The position numbers and the translations under genes were made by a program. The notes beneath the pieces are model-generated. The model was not told the origin of the DNA, ran no database searches, and saw nothing but the letters and a program-made list of their open reading frames with translations. From Catajapyx aquilonaris (Eukaryota): a stretch of 64,000 nucleotides of DNA. Below, piece after piece: positions 26,101-38,192 of the stretch; the first letter of the stretch is position 1; each line of letters begins with the position of its first letter. The DNA lies in contig JYFJ02001264.1 of NCBI GenBank assembly GCA_000934665.2, positions 1 to 64,000 on the forward strand. Reading direction: 5' to 3'.

Positions 26101-29100
26101 GAGAGAAAATAATTTTCGAGAGAGAAAGAGAGAAAAAAAAAGATAGGGGCTGACAAGGCACTTGGCCATTTGTTTGGCTCGGCTTTTCTGTGCCTTCATC
26201 CCCGACAAGCTGCACTGCTCCTTAGCGGTATTGTTCCCCGTGCATTTCAGACGACAGCGCGAATGGCAACCTAATTTAGCTCATTTCCCCCCACGACATG
26301 AAGGAGAGTGCAGCACTTGGCCAGATAGCTATAGCTCCCAGCAGCTCTCGGCACAAGACGGATCATTATGCAGGCAAGGCAAGGGGGCTTCTCTTCTCCA
26401 CACCCCCTACCCCCCCCCCCACAACCCCTGCATTCTACCCTGACACTTGCAGGGATAGGCTAAATGTCGCAGGCGCCGCGCCTTGCTCTTTTCCGAAAGC
26501 GGGGCGCCGTCATCTGCAAAAGGTTACGCCTCCCACCTCATTCACAAACTAACTGCGCCTGATAAGCCAGACGGGGTCTGAATCCAACTTCCTTTCGCAG
26601 ATTCCTCGTCTCTCGGAATTACAATAGCTGGCCTCCCATTCCGCGCCAGCTATTTGTTCATAGAAGGCCTCCTAATTTCTGGCCCCCTGTGTTTACACTG
26701 CCCGGTAGTACAGGGGGTGCCAAAAAAAGGGGGAGGAAATCAATGAAGAGTCTATCCAAGTGAACTTGTGGCGACTAATCCCCTTTTCGGCGGGACGGAC
26801 TTGCCTTGTTCGGAATTCGGAGAAGGATTTGGGGGGGCCTGTGCTGCTGCTACGAAAGAGAAAAGAGGAAGGGAAGGCCCAAGGCCCAAATGGCAATCCA
26901 ACACTACATTCTGCCGCAGTGCCAGCTGATTGGTCCCCGAAGAGTTTCGTTCCGGAAGGCAAGCAACTCTCCGGACGTGACGTGCCATTTTCTCCTAGGC
27001 CCGGGCCCCCTTGGCGGACTTCATTCACAGTGTTGCCACGCCCAACAGGGCCTCGGGACCGCTCCGAATTTGCTCGGCACCCGACCCAAACTGACTTTAC
27101 TCTTCCTTTTTTGTTTCGACCCAACAATTTCATGCGATTTACCTGACTTTCAGTTGTATCCGCTGAAAGACCGCGACTTCGTTGACGAAATTGCAACGAA
27201 AATTTGTATGTAAGGGGGTATACAGGTGTGTACATAATCCCGGAGCGATTTTCCTCTTCGAAGAAACCATTAGGCTATTTGGAGAACATCCGCTCGAGCA
27301 GACACCCCAGAGCGGTAATGCAAATGCGATTTCTTTGCTACACGATTAAAGTTGCAGAGTGGTCGTGGCGTTCTGCAAGATTCGAATCCGTGATGTTGGG
27401 GGAGCTTGGCAAGTCTCTCGTTTTAATCCCAGGTTTTAGTTCGAAGAGATTTTGGGCCCCGTAGACTTTGGGCTTTACCGGGGAGTTGGGAAAATAATGT
27501 GCAGTCAAAATGATGGCTCGTGCGGAATTACATAAGGGGAGGCTGATAGCAAAGGCCCATTTTTTCTCCATGCCCCCGTGCAGAAGACACTGCGGAGGTC
27601 TGCGCCCCCGCCCCCCTCCTTCTTGGCCCCCCCTGAGGCATTAAAATTCAGCATTCAGAAGCGCCCCCCCTTAGCTGCACCACCTGCGGAGGAAGACACC
27701 CAAGCTCCGCTCCTCTTCTTTCAGAGTTTGGGGGGTGGGGGGGCCTCTCTCCCCCGAAATGCAACGCAGCACAAGTGCACATGGAATAATAATAGCCCGC
27801 AGATGAAAAGTTAAAGCAGAGCGGAAGAAGGAAGAGCAGAGCAGAATGGCTGTGGAGACGTCTCTTCTCTGCCGATATGGAACCCGCCAACGGCCTGCCA
27901 TAGAACCAGATAACAAGCTCTGCGCGACTATAGAAAAGACGCTGGCATCCAGCTCACGCCCTCAGGAAATCATTCCCCCTCTGCTCAGCAGGCTTGGAAA
28001 TTTAGCGCCCCACCCCCTCCCACCCACCATCCCATCACCTCATTTGTCGAGTTTTAAAACGTCGCTTCTTACACAAGTGATTCGAATGGTCAATTTTTCC
28101 CATCTTTTTTTTCAATCTATATAGCACCCTCCTGCTGACTCTCATATCTCAGCAGTTGGAAGCATCTTCTTCGTCTGCCATTCTTTCTGGAGGCGTGGGT
28201 TGGCACCCCCTAGATTTCATCCACTTCTCTTATCGGTCCGGCCCCCCCTTCCTTTTTATGCAAGCAGAAACTTTGCTACGGGCGAGCTTCGATTTGCGGC
28301 TAGAGGGGTGGGGAAGAACTTGCTCTTCAAAATGCAAAGATTTCTTTGTCCCGCCGAGTCGAACCAATATTGAGGTCAGAAGGGCGGCAAGAGCTGGTCC
28401 CTGCAGCTGCATTTTCCAATCCTAATCAAAAATGGGTGTCCGACTGCTGGCCTGCTCAGGTTCAGAGTGCAAATTACGGATTGTTTGCTCCAGCAATTAG
28501 TGTGGGTGGCTTCATTATAGCCTGTTTATTCATGCGAAAACCACTGTAATGGTTCTTTTTTTATATAAAAAATAACCCATAGGCCCAACACTGCCTGATT
28601 ACCAGCTACCAAATCCCCAGCTCTGACTCACCAGTCCCTGGGCCCCAGTTCCCGCGGGAAATATTACTGGCTTTTACAATGCTAACTTGCTCTTACCAGT
28701 TTACCCAGTTTAAGAAATCTCCCCCACTCTTTATCAGCGGCCGTATCCGTAATGGCCTGTCCTAATGCACACTCTTGGGCAAGAGAAGAATTTAATGTAT
28801 TCAGCCTTAGGCCAGGGTGAGCGATCGATGGTAAATGCAGAACAATGGCTGGTAATACAACTCTCGCGGGGGGTTTTTTTTTTGGGGGGGGGGGTCGATA
28901 TCAGTGCAATCGCGAATATTCCTTGTTAGGCCTAATTAATCTACAAGTGCACCTCTTGCCAAAACTTGGCAAACATTCTCAGAGTGTCCACCTAGTAGCA
29001 TACGCCTCTCATAGATGGCGCACCTTCATTTGCACACTCCTGCCACTCACAGTCGTGCGAGGGGCAGTGGTACTATCAGCTCGGACAAACAACAGACTGA

Positions 29101-32100
29101 AAGACATAGTCAATTAGTATGATGCAGCAAACAATCCGTATAATCTTCCCCTTTTGAACTGGGGACTTGAGCTGTGCACCACCTCGTACGTGTGTGTGCA
29201 GAGTAGACCCAGGCACCGACACGGGGAGTGTTTAACGGGGAATCTATTCCTATTTGTAAGGCAATTTCTAGGACAGTGTTGCCAGTAGTGAATATTAATA
29301 GGAGGGGAGGGCAGTTGCGGTGGAAAGGCCGGCGCTTCCCCCGCAGTTTAGCGCCGGCGCCCCCCTTCATTTTCCCCCTTGATTAGGGAATAATTACCTT
29401 AGCATGGGTTGCGAAAGGCCATTAAGAACTATTAGAGCCTGGCGCCAAGGCCAGCGGCTAATGAGTTTGGATTGGGAGGGAAGAGTAGCTCAAGTGTCCG
29501 CAGTCTGAGAAGCGACTACTCTGGGAAGGGGCTGCCTGCCACTGAAACCCGCTCAACTCGAAGCTGCTTTACTGCCCTGGCCGTAATCCTCCGACTGCCA
29601 ACATGGCCCCCTCCAGACGACGGATTTTCTGCGATTGACGAGTTTCCTTCGCCAGATTGGGCCGCCAACCCACCCCTTTTCCTCCTCTTCTTTCCTCTTC
29701 CAGATTCCCCGAATTGGATGACCCCCCCTGTACTTCACTCACCCCCTAATTCCGGTGCTTCCTGCGGACGTACGACCGCGTCTCTTCCCACCGTGTTATT
29801 CCCCCGGCCGCCAAGAACCCGCCCTGCTTTATGATAACAAGCCTTCACGAGGCTCATCCCCCTTCAGAATTACAACCCTGCACTTCTCTTGCGCTCCCCT
29901 GCTTTTTATTGGCCCGGCTCTTCAATCCCTTCAAGTGCTCCGCCTTGTTTGACTCGAAATGATTGATTTCTTGGAAGGGGTACGTACGACTCTATTATCA
30001 GTTTAATCAGTTTCACAACTGCAATTGTTGATCATTGACATATGTTTCCGTTCATTGCGCAAGTTCGCGGTTCTATCGAATGAGAAGTCCTAGAGTAGGA
30101 ATTAGGAGAGGTGAAAAATGGATATGATATCAGCGAGCCCCAGGAGAGCCCACCTCAGCTCCTGGAGTGGAATAGAATGAGCCATCATTTGGGTTTTTAT
30201 GCCTGCGAGTCCGTCTGTAAAAAGGCTTCGTCAGCTTATTGCCTTGCATTTCTCGCCTCCTTTCGCAGGTTATGTCACGCTCATTAACGTCAAACCTCCT
30301 CTGGCTGTTCCCGAATGAACGGTTTGCTTCTTCGGCAGAAAAACAAATTGAAAGTCTCCATCATAATTTGCACTATTTTTTTTGGGACAGCTAGTTACAT
30401 CTAATACTTTTTTTTTGCTCCTCTGGATATAATACCTGGCGGACAAAAGGCGCTCCCAAGAGTGTGCCAGAAAACTAATTGCTGCATGCTGGCAGCCCTT
30501 TTATTCGCAGGCTGCTGAGCTCACAATACAATTTCGAATCGCGGCAGGATTCTTGTAATCCCTTCGTTGATTCGATTTGGAAATTCCACCTTGATTTTGG
30601 GGAAGCAAGGCTAGGACTCTAAATCAACCGGAGGATATCAACCTGGGCCGAGGTAATTGGGTTGCTACATGAAGTATTCCATTTCACCGCAGTCTGGCCG
30701 CCCTCATGTTTAACCAACCGCTTGCAGGACCAACCACAAAAAAGTGCTAACAATTCTTCGCTGGGAATTACCTGGCGGTGTTGCCATTTTTCGAACAAAC
30801 AGTTGATGCCAAAATTCTGTTGGAATTTCGTATTGTTAGGTTGCGGCTAAAAAGGATGCTCGTCTTTGCTATGAAATGGGCTGGTGCTGATTCTGGATTA
30901 GACCAGAAGGGTTCGCCCATTAGTGTAACTCCAACAGACACTGCTCTGCTTCTGCCATTCTTAGGAGATTGCTGCTGCAGTGGCCCGGATGACATGGCGG
31001 GCCTGAATTATGCAACGAAATAAGCTCAAAGTTTGCGAACGGTGAGGCACAAAAGGGGGTTTCCCCTCCCCTCAAAACCTTCCCTCCCAGTTCCCCCGCC
31101 AGAGGGAACCGAGAGAGAATGTTTCGGATAATCGGGCTAAAGAGCATAGATCCAGGGATGAATTATTATTATGACAGGTTTACAACCGGAATACGCATAT
31201 TTTCCACCGCAGATAGTTGTGTCACGCGGGGCGCTTGAGCCTCCCTTTCTCCTTCCTCCCTTGTGATTTTCAAAGTTATGTGCACTTCCTGTGATCATTC
31301 CTCGGCTGTTTGTAAGGCCTGTCTGGGGCTTCCCGTGGTCGGGTAGGATGTTTCAACAAGCGTCACTCATTAAATAAATAGTGTTTACGCCAATTTATGT
31401 GTATACCGCCAGTTCAAGGGAGTCGAGGAAGTTATGGACTGTTTACACTGCAATAAGTGTGGTCCTGATAATCGCTTCTCTAGAGTGGTTCCTGGAATAA
31501 ACAATCGGGCTGTGGTGTCATCTTGTATTTAATGGATTTAATGGGTATTCATTTTTAAATGTTTTGTTCTAGCGTGATTTGGTGTGGTTTTGCTTGTTAT
31601 TAATTCGTTTGTTGTGCTGAAACACCTGGCATATTCACGCTTTGCTCTTTGCCCCTGTTCATGAAATCATAATTGCGAAAGCATATTGAGTTATTTCATG
31701 CATGCGGGGTGGGCAGCCCTGTATTGCTCCTGTAATGCGATGGCATTAAATTCTCAAACGCCACTACATGTTAATTGCATTTTGCACTCTGAGCGTATTA
31801 GTTCAAGTAGTGATTTCATGCCACAGCGTTGTTGTTGTCGCCATTTTTATTGGCGCCTGCAATATTCGGGACACCCACGCATTAACTTGTTTTAATTGTC
31901 TTTTGTGTTTTTGGCGAGTTACACCTGGCAGGCTGTGACCAACTGCGAACCAAGCTCTATGTCGACCAAGCCTTATGTAATAATAAACTCCATGTGATTA
32001 ATCTAGTCGGTGTCGGCTGGGATTGACCAGGTGGCTGCACCCAGGGTGAAAAGGTGAGGCTGCGAGCCCAGGCCCCCTCCAGAGTTATTACGTTATGACA

Positions 32101-34350
32101 CCTGATGGTTTACGCCTGCTTGCCCCATACCATTAATCAATGTCCTAATAGCCCTGCCTATCATTTTCTAATAGCTTCAACCACAATTTTAGCTCCCTAT
32201 ACTCTTTAAAAGCGACCGGCTCCTTTTGGAACAATATTTTGAGTTATTTGTTTATTTATTTATTTGACTCCCAGTAAGCGATTTTTTTTGCTATGCTCAT
32301 ACAGTGTCCATAGGGTCAGAGGACAAGTGCACCATATTGTGTGCATAGATAGAGATGTTTGTAAGGGGGTCGGTGGAAGAGAATCGAAAAATCGATGATC
32401 GAGCTCAGGTGTGGCGGGATTCCAGGCATGATGGCGGGATATTGGAGAGGAAGTGGAAGCAGATGAGCGGCAAGTCGGAAGTGTACAGCATCAGATGTTC
32501 TTTCCTGATGCATTCTTTATCGTTGGAAAGCCTAGCCTCCCCACCCTTTTAGACTCCAATTTGCCAGCGAGTGCAACCTTGGCACGTCCGAGCAACGGTC
32601 AATTATTTACCAGTGCGCTATTCCTGCCTGTATACTGTTGTATTCTGGCTCCCAGGAATTACATTAGCCAGGAGAAAGGAAAGGCCTATATACGATGAAC
32701 GAATTGTTGTGATTCTTGGCACAGCATCAGAGGCTCGTATACTCGGGCTGATTTTGTTGAGGCGGGACCTGAAACGACAGCGCCTTGTAAGTCAAGTCGT
32801 GCTGGGTCCCATGCTACATTGCCGTAATTCCACTCGGGCATTATTTCCGGAAGAGGACTATGTTGCAATGTCCCGTTCGGCCCGATCGAATATTTTCATT
32901 GGTAGCAAACTTAACATGAAGGGAATCGTGTAACACAAATTGTTAGTGCAAACGGGATTGAACCGGTTTGTTGGGCGAAATGCTCTGTTTTCTCCTATAG
33001 AGTTGCTGCAACTGATGTCGTGAACCTTTTAATTGTTAGTTACAATATTGGCACTGTGTCGATTCGAAGCAGAAATACAACAATCATATTTAAATTCACC
33101 TTAGCATCAAGCTTTTATGACATTACTGCTGATCGTTACAGGTAACGACGCGTAACTAACAGTGCAAGTGTGCTAATCTCATTGTCCTAATGGCACTGTT
33201 GTTATGAAAACATACCTGTAGTAAATGTAAATATTTTCACTGGCTAGATTTTCGGAGTCCGTCAGATTTTTTGCACGTTTGTGATGGGTTTGCAGGAACC
33301 ACATGTTTATTTTGTGGTTTCTCTAAAAAGTGTGTTTGCCCGCTTGTTGTCCCTTTGCCACGATATACCGTATGTATACATTTTAACAAGAGAAGCTAAA
33401 TATATCACGAAGGTGTTTAGGATGGCGTTACGACCTGTAGCCAGGTATTAAAAATGAATTAGGACGAGTCGTACAAACAATGGTTTAGCATAAGCCCTGG
33501 TTTGACCTAGTTATTAAATGTTGGCAACAGTGAGCTGAACCATTAACAACGAGGACATACACCGGGATTACTGAAGGTGACATCGTCAGAGTTTCAATCG
33601 AGCTTGTGCGCTGTTTCTTTCATTTGATTAGTTAATTAATTAGTTGGTTTGTTTATTTGCGTTCATCATACCTGACCCAATCAGCATCCTTTACCTACAT
33701 ATTTATTTTCAAAGATTCAGGTTCTGCGACATCCTTTCACGTCGCAGTCAATGAGAATTGCAGCGCAACAGCCTGTTATTGACGCGGGGAGCTACAATAT
33801 CTAGGCCATGTAACAGGTGCCATTATACTGTTGCAACGTGCAACATTAATGTCCGGAGAACATCGGAAACGACATTGATGTATGAATGATGTTTCCTGTA
33901 ACACTGTGATTTTAGTACTTTCAAGCGGCGGAGACCCTGTTAACGCTTAGTGTAACTGCCTGCCTCTTTGCACAGCACGCGAAGAACCAGACCCAACTGC
34001 TTACACGACACTCTTGAAATAGCCTGCACGCAGCAAATACCACGCGTGAAATAATTCTCCAACTTGGAAGCTATTACAATGCAGATAAACTCATTAAAGG
34101 CATGCTTCCACCTGCTCAAGATGCCGACGGTGGCAGCTAAAATGGTCAGTTGTGTAGACAAAATAGCAAGAAGATAAAGTAACAACACGGAGCTGTTGCA
34201 ATGGATCTTATTAGAGTCTTTGTCAATCAACTCCGTGATGACATGTCCGTCTTGATGGGATGACAATACATCGCAGAATCTTTCCGGTGTTCCGGTGTTG
34301 GTGACGTTGACATACTTTTACCACCATCAGCACCTCTCTAGTAATTGGCC

Positions 34351-34946
34351 TTATGTGTTTGAGCTGAATGATCTTCTGCACCCGCGTGTCGCACGATTCA
34401 TCCCATTTCGAGTCATTCTCTCGTGCAACCATCTCCGTACCGAACCAGCAGGACTGGAATCATCTCCGTCCTCCTCTTCTGCGTCTACCGCCACATCTCC
34501 CAGCAACATGTCCGGATCCATCACAACAGTATCGTCATCGTCGGTGACGTCGTAATAGAAATAATCATCTTCTGTTCCCGAGGCTCGTACGCTCCTCAGG
34601 ACAGGACTGCTCGATCTGGTCCGAAAGAGGCTTCCTAGCAGTGAACTCGAGGGGCTGCTGGTGCTTGATGACGCGTACATGGTGATTGCGTGGTCTTCCA
34701 ACTGTTCGTATTGGTCTACCTCCTGGTTCTGCCATAGTTCTGGCTCGTTCACAGCCATGCTGGTGGAGGAGGATGGCGACGAGGGCCGCGGTCTTCTGCA
34801 CTTGAACAGGTTCTTTAATTTACCTAATTTGGAGTGTCTCTTTTTCTGCCGGTTTTGGCCGTGGCGACGTTCTCCGACGTGGCTCACTTCGTCGTCTCCT
34901 TCATAGCCAGCGTCGCCGGACGGCACGTCGCTCCGGCTTTGAATAC
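34351..34946 (-). CDS. Nested antisense gene, second coding exon (596 nt); with exon 1 gives a 222-aa Ser-rich/acidic, probably disordered hypothetical protein
   Basis: Longest ORF in the supplied track (191 aa from GTG 34926), extendable to the acceptor aattccag|GT ATT CAA. Protein-like compositional blocks: basic RQKKRHSKLGKLKNLFKCRRPRP, Ser runs and acidic EDDYFYYDVTDDDD / DAEEEDGDD. It lacks the homopolymer runs typical of the surrounding intron. The acceptor pyrimidine tract is weak and the 3' end is uncertain. Confidence 0.68.
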
Positions 34947-35332
34947 CTGGAATTGTCTGCTTGTGTCAAATTCATAACAGGGGTGAAGCACATGAGCGAA
35001 ACACAGTTGGTGTTTGGTATGCACCTCAAGAAGGAACAAAAATACGCACATTGTCGTTTGAAGTTTGAGCTACCACTTATGAGACACAATATGTGCAAAT
35101 ACTGTGGTATTTTTCTTGCAAGTTACTGACTTGACAGAAAGTGTACACTTGATTTCGACCAAAATGTGACTGTTCAGAAGTTCATATGTTTCTTTGAAGC
35201 ACATAAGCAGCAGGAGCTTTAATAAGTACGTATAAGGGAAAATGTTCATGCATGACATTCATAATGACTAACCAACAGTGTCGTTTAGCTCGTATGCGAC
35301 TGCAATTGAATAGCACGACCCAGGAAACTTAC

Positions 35333-35405
35333 TGCGTAAACTCCTTACAGAACGTGTTGATTTTGTACTGCCGAGATCACGTTTGTCCGGAGGATTGTCG
35401 TCCAT
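35333..35405 (-). CDS. Nested antisense gene, first coding exon (73 nt, MDDNPPDKRDLGSTKSTRSVRSLR plus 1 nt), hypothetical protein
   Basis: Minus strand gcgATGG start in good context with an in-frame TAA 13 codons upstream. Ends at the consensus donor CGCA|gtaagt in phase 1, which matches the acceptor at 34947-34948 and gives a continuous Ser/Arg-patterned junction STRSVRSLR-S-IQSRSD. Confidence 0.6.
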
Positions 35406-35633
35406 CGCCACAGATTTTGACAAAAATACAACATTCTTCTGTTACACATCGTAATGCGCATATCCGAGCAACGGACTCGACTTGTCATTGTCGTCTTGTG
35501 TTTTCTCCGAGTTTGATCTAAAATTTTGTGCGGGATGCTGAAGGAAGGAATAGTTTTCCGAAAAAATAAAAGTGGGTTAGAGAGTGGGATGTCAATGCGA
35601 TTCCGTGGTCGAGGATTATCGGCTTGGTCCGTC

Positions 35634-35686
35634 TGGCGGGGGAGGTTGCGGCTGCACAAGGGCGAGGTTCCGACCTCCCCCCGCCA
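35634..35686. repeat. GC-rich inverted repeat / hairpin
   Basis: TGGCGGGGGAGGT (35634-35646) pairs with ACCTCCCCCCGCCA (35673-35686): 13 bp with one bulged C, extendable by wobble pairs. Confidence 0.75.
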
Positions 35687-38192
35687 TTAGAGTAATGGCT
35701 TAATGGGATTATGTCACAGATTGTGGCAGGAACGAGTGGTGACAAGGAGCGAGGCAGAGCAGGTCGGGGATTATCCCGAGCGGCGGTAATGGAGGTAATT
35801 GGGCATCCGGGTGACTTTCCGGACCCACTTGGCATTCCGGCCGCCTTCTGTACCCGGGATGCGTGTGTGTTGGAGAACGGGCCTTGATGGCAAATGTCAC
35901 GGCCTGCACTAATCCTGACTGCCGGCCAGCCACGACCCGCATCCAATTGCATTGGAATGCGGGCGACACCTAGGACACTTCAACCCCCTCTTTCTCCGGA
36001 TGTTCCGGACCCTACCCAACTCCAGGGCTCAGGATCTTTCCAATCAGGAAATAAATTTTGAGTCCAACGGATGATACATGCAGGCCGCTATTACTCGTGA
36101 TTGCCTTATTTGGAAATGTGTGAACCTGTCATGCGGAAAATGGGGATACCCAATCCTGCGGTACAAAATTACTTAACGCTCTCGCAATCCTTCAGTTTCA
36201 TTATGGCTGCTGATATTAAAATCCGCATGTTGGCTATAATCGGGGAATTATTTCAGTTGCTGGAATCCAAATGTTTGTTTAAATTTGAACCAGATAGTCA
36301 TGCTTTATGGTGTTGTATACCGTACTGTGAATGCTCTCTATACGGATATGCCAATATTTTTTTGTTGAATTCAGTAGGTTTCTCCAGTTTTGTTTACTTA
36401 CGAGCTAGTCCCTCTTTATGAGGTGACAAATTGTGCAAGTGGCGACAGTGTTTAATAAACATATTTTTTCAAAGAATGGGATAATTTGGCAAACACGCAG
36501 CCGAACGGGTGGCGATAAAAGAAAAATTAGCAGGCTGGAAAAAAACTTGGATTACCTACTGGCTCGAGGAGAGACGGCGGCGTGTCAGAAAAGAAAATTA
36601 TTAATGACGCGAAAATCCTGGTGCGAATTGAAGTGCCAAAAGGGTAAAGGGCTGGAGGGTTGGGTGATTCAAATGTGGGCCACGGGGCACCCCTAAAATC
36701 GGCGTTGGAGCCATTCATCAACGTCAGCCAAAATGGCGGCTGGTGCCCTTGCTCCTTGGGCTAAGCAGGTCAATAATTTAATCACCACTGTAGTTTCCGC
36801 GGAAGAGAGGTTGTGTGTCCATATTTCAGCATCGTCCCGTGGACACTGCCACTGCCGCAAGCAGATAATAAACTGTCGGCCACGCTCGCGACTTTGGCTT
36901 GACTAAGCTGCACTGTTAACATTGTTGACTGGCGGCCCTTTTATGCGTGAGAGGCGCCCGGGGGGGGGGGGGGGGGNTGATTCAAAGTTTTATCGCCAAC
37001 CGTTTTAATGGCTGCCCTGGAGTGAACGGCCTTCAGTTTTATCCTGACTATCGAGGCCAACCCATGCGCCTCTCATGCCTGTCGGGTGGGCTACTTTACA
37101 GGCGCTTCATGGCTGTAAGACTACTCGTAAACGCTCGTGAATAATATTCATCTGGGTTGACACATTATTGCACAACCCCGTCCATTTAGGCTTGGGTGTA
37201 CCGCTCAAACTTTAACCGTGAAACATTTACTATAGCCCACGAAATTAATTGTTAGCAATGCCTTGTGCACAGCACTACAGGCTGTAATATACGGTTCGGT
37301 TCAAGCGTTATTAACGCATTTGATGTCTTTACGCAACCTGCAGTGGTCAAATTACAGCCGAGGGGCAGCCACCTACATCTGAGTCGGTTTTGTAAGGGAA
37401 AACTTTCCATTTGCAGGAACCCCCGAGGGATTCCGGTGTCTTTAAAAATGCGTCAAAGCGAGCGTCACCATCTAGTTGTGAAAATAGCATCCCCCCCCCT
37501 CCCCCCATCCCCGCATTTGACGGCCAGGAAGAGCCGGCTTTACGAATGGATCCTGGGCGCTGAGGGATGAAAAAGCGAGGAATGTGTCGCGGGGAAAAGC
37601 GAGGCAGACTAGTCGCTGGATTTGGGTCTGATGGCAGCAGCTTTGTGCCAGCGGGGAACCACAATCCACTTCTGGGCTCAACTTGACCCCATCCACCACT
37701 CGACGCATATATATGCGGGCATATCACAAGGGTGTGTGTGTGTGTAGAAGGGAGAGGGTGTGTGGGGGGTAGGTTTCATTTCCGTTCCATCCGCGAAATT
37801 CCCAGCTAATTTCCGGCCGCCGCTCCTCACCTTCTTTGCGTGTCCAGGCGATGACCAACAATCCCTTTCCTTCTTCTTGAATGGCCTTCCCCCCCTATGC
37901 CCCGTGTAAATTATCCGGGCGACAGCCTCCCCATCTCTGTTGTACTGTGCGGCACACTGTGGGGACCATTGATTGCGCCGGAAATTGCCCAATGCCGGCG
38001 CCCGTGTTTACCAGGCGATAACACGACTTTAAAAATTCACGTGCTGCAGCACTGTTAAAACATCACCAGGAACGGTGCAGTAAACTGAGGAGTGTCACTG
38101 CCCCCCAGCTCTAGTCGGAATGGTTCCCACACAATGGGAACCGCCGCGGACCTAGATATGAATTGGGAGATAATTTTGTCAGCCCCCCCCTT

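Noticed and set aside
26693..27235. 180-aa minus-strand ORF overlapped by 128- and 135-aa plus-strand ORFs
   Set aside because: GC-rich stop-poor patch with no recognisable motif or supporting splice structure; includes homopolymer-derived residues.
33940..34266. 108-aa minus-strand ORF with a hydrophobic stretch, in frame with the nested ORF
   Set aside because: TTG start, separated from the nested ORF by three stops, and no convincing acceptor; more likely 3' UTR.
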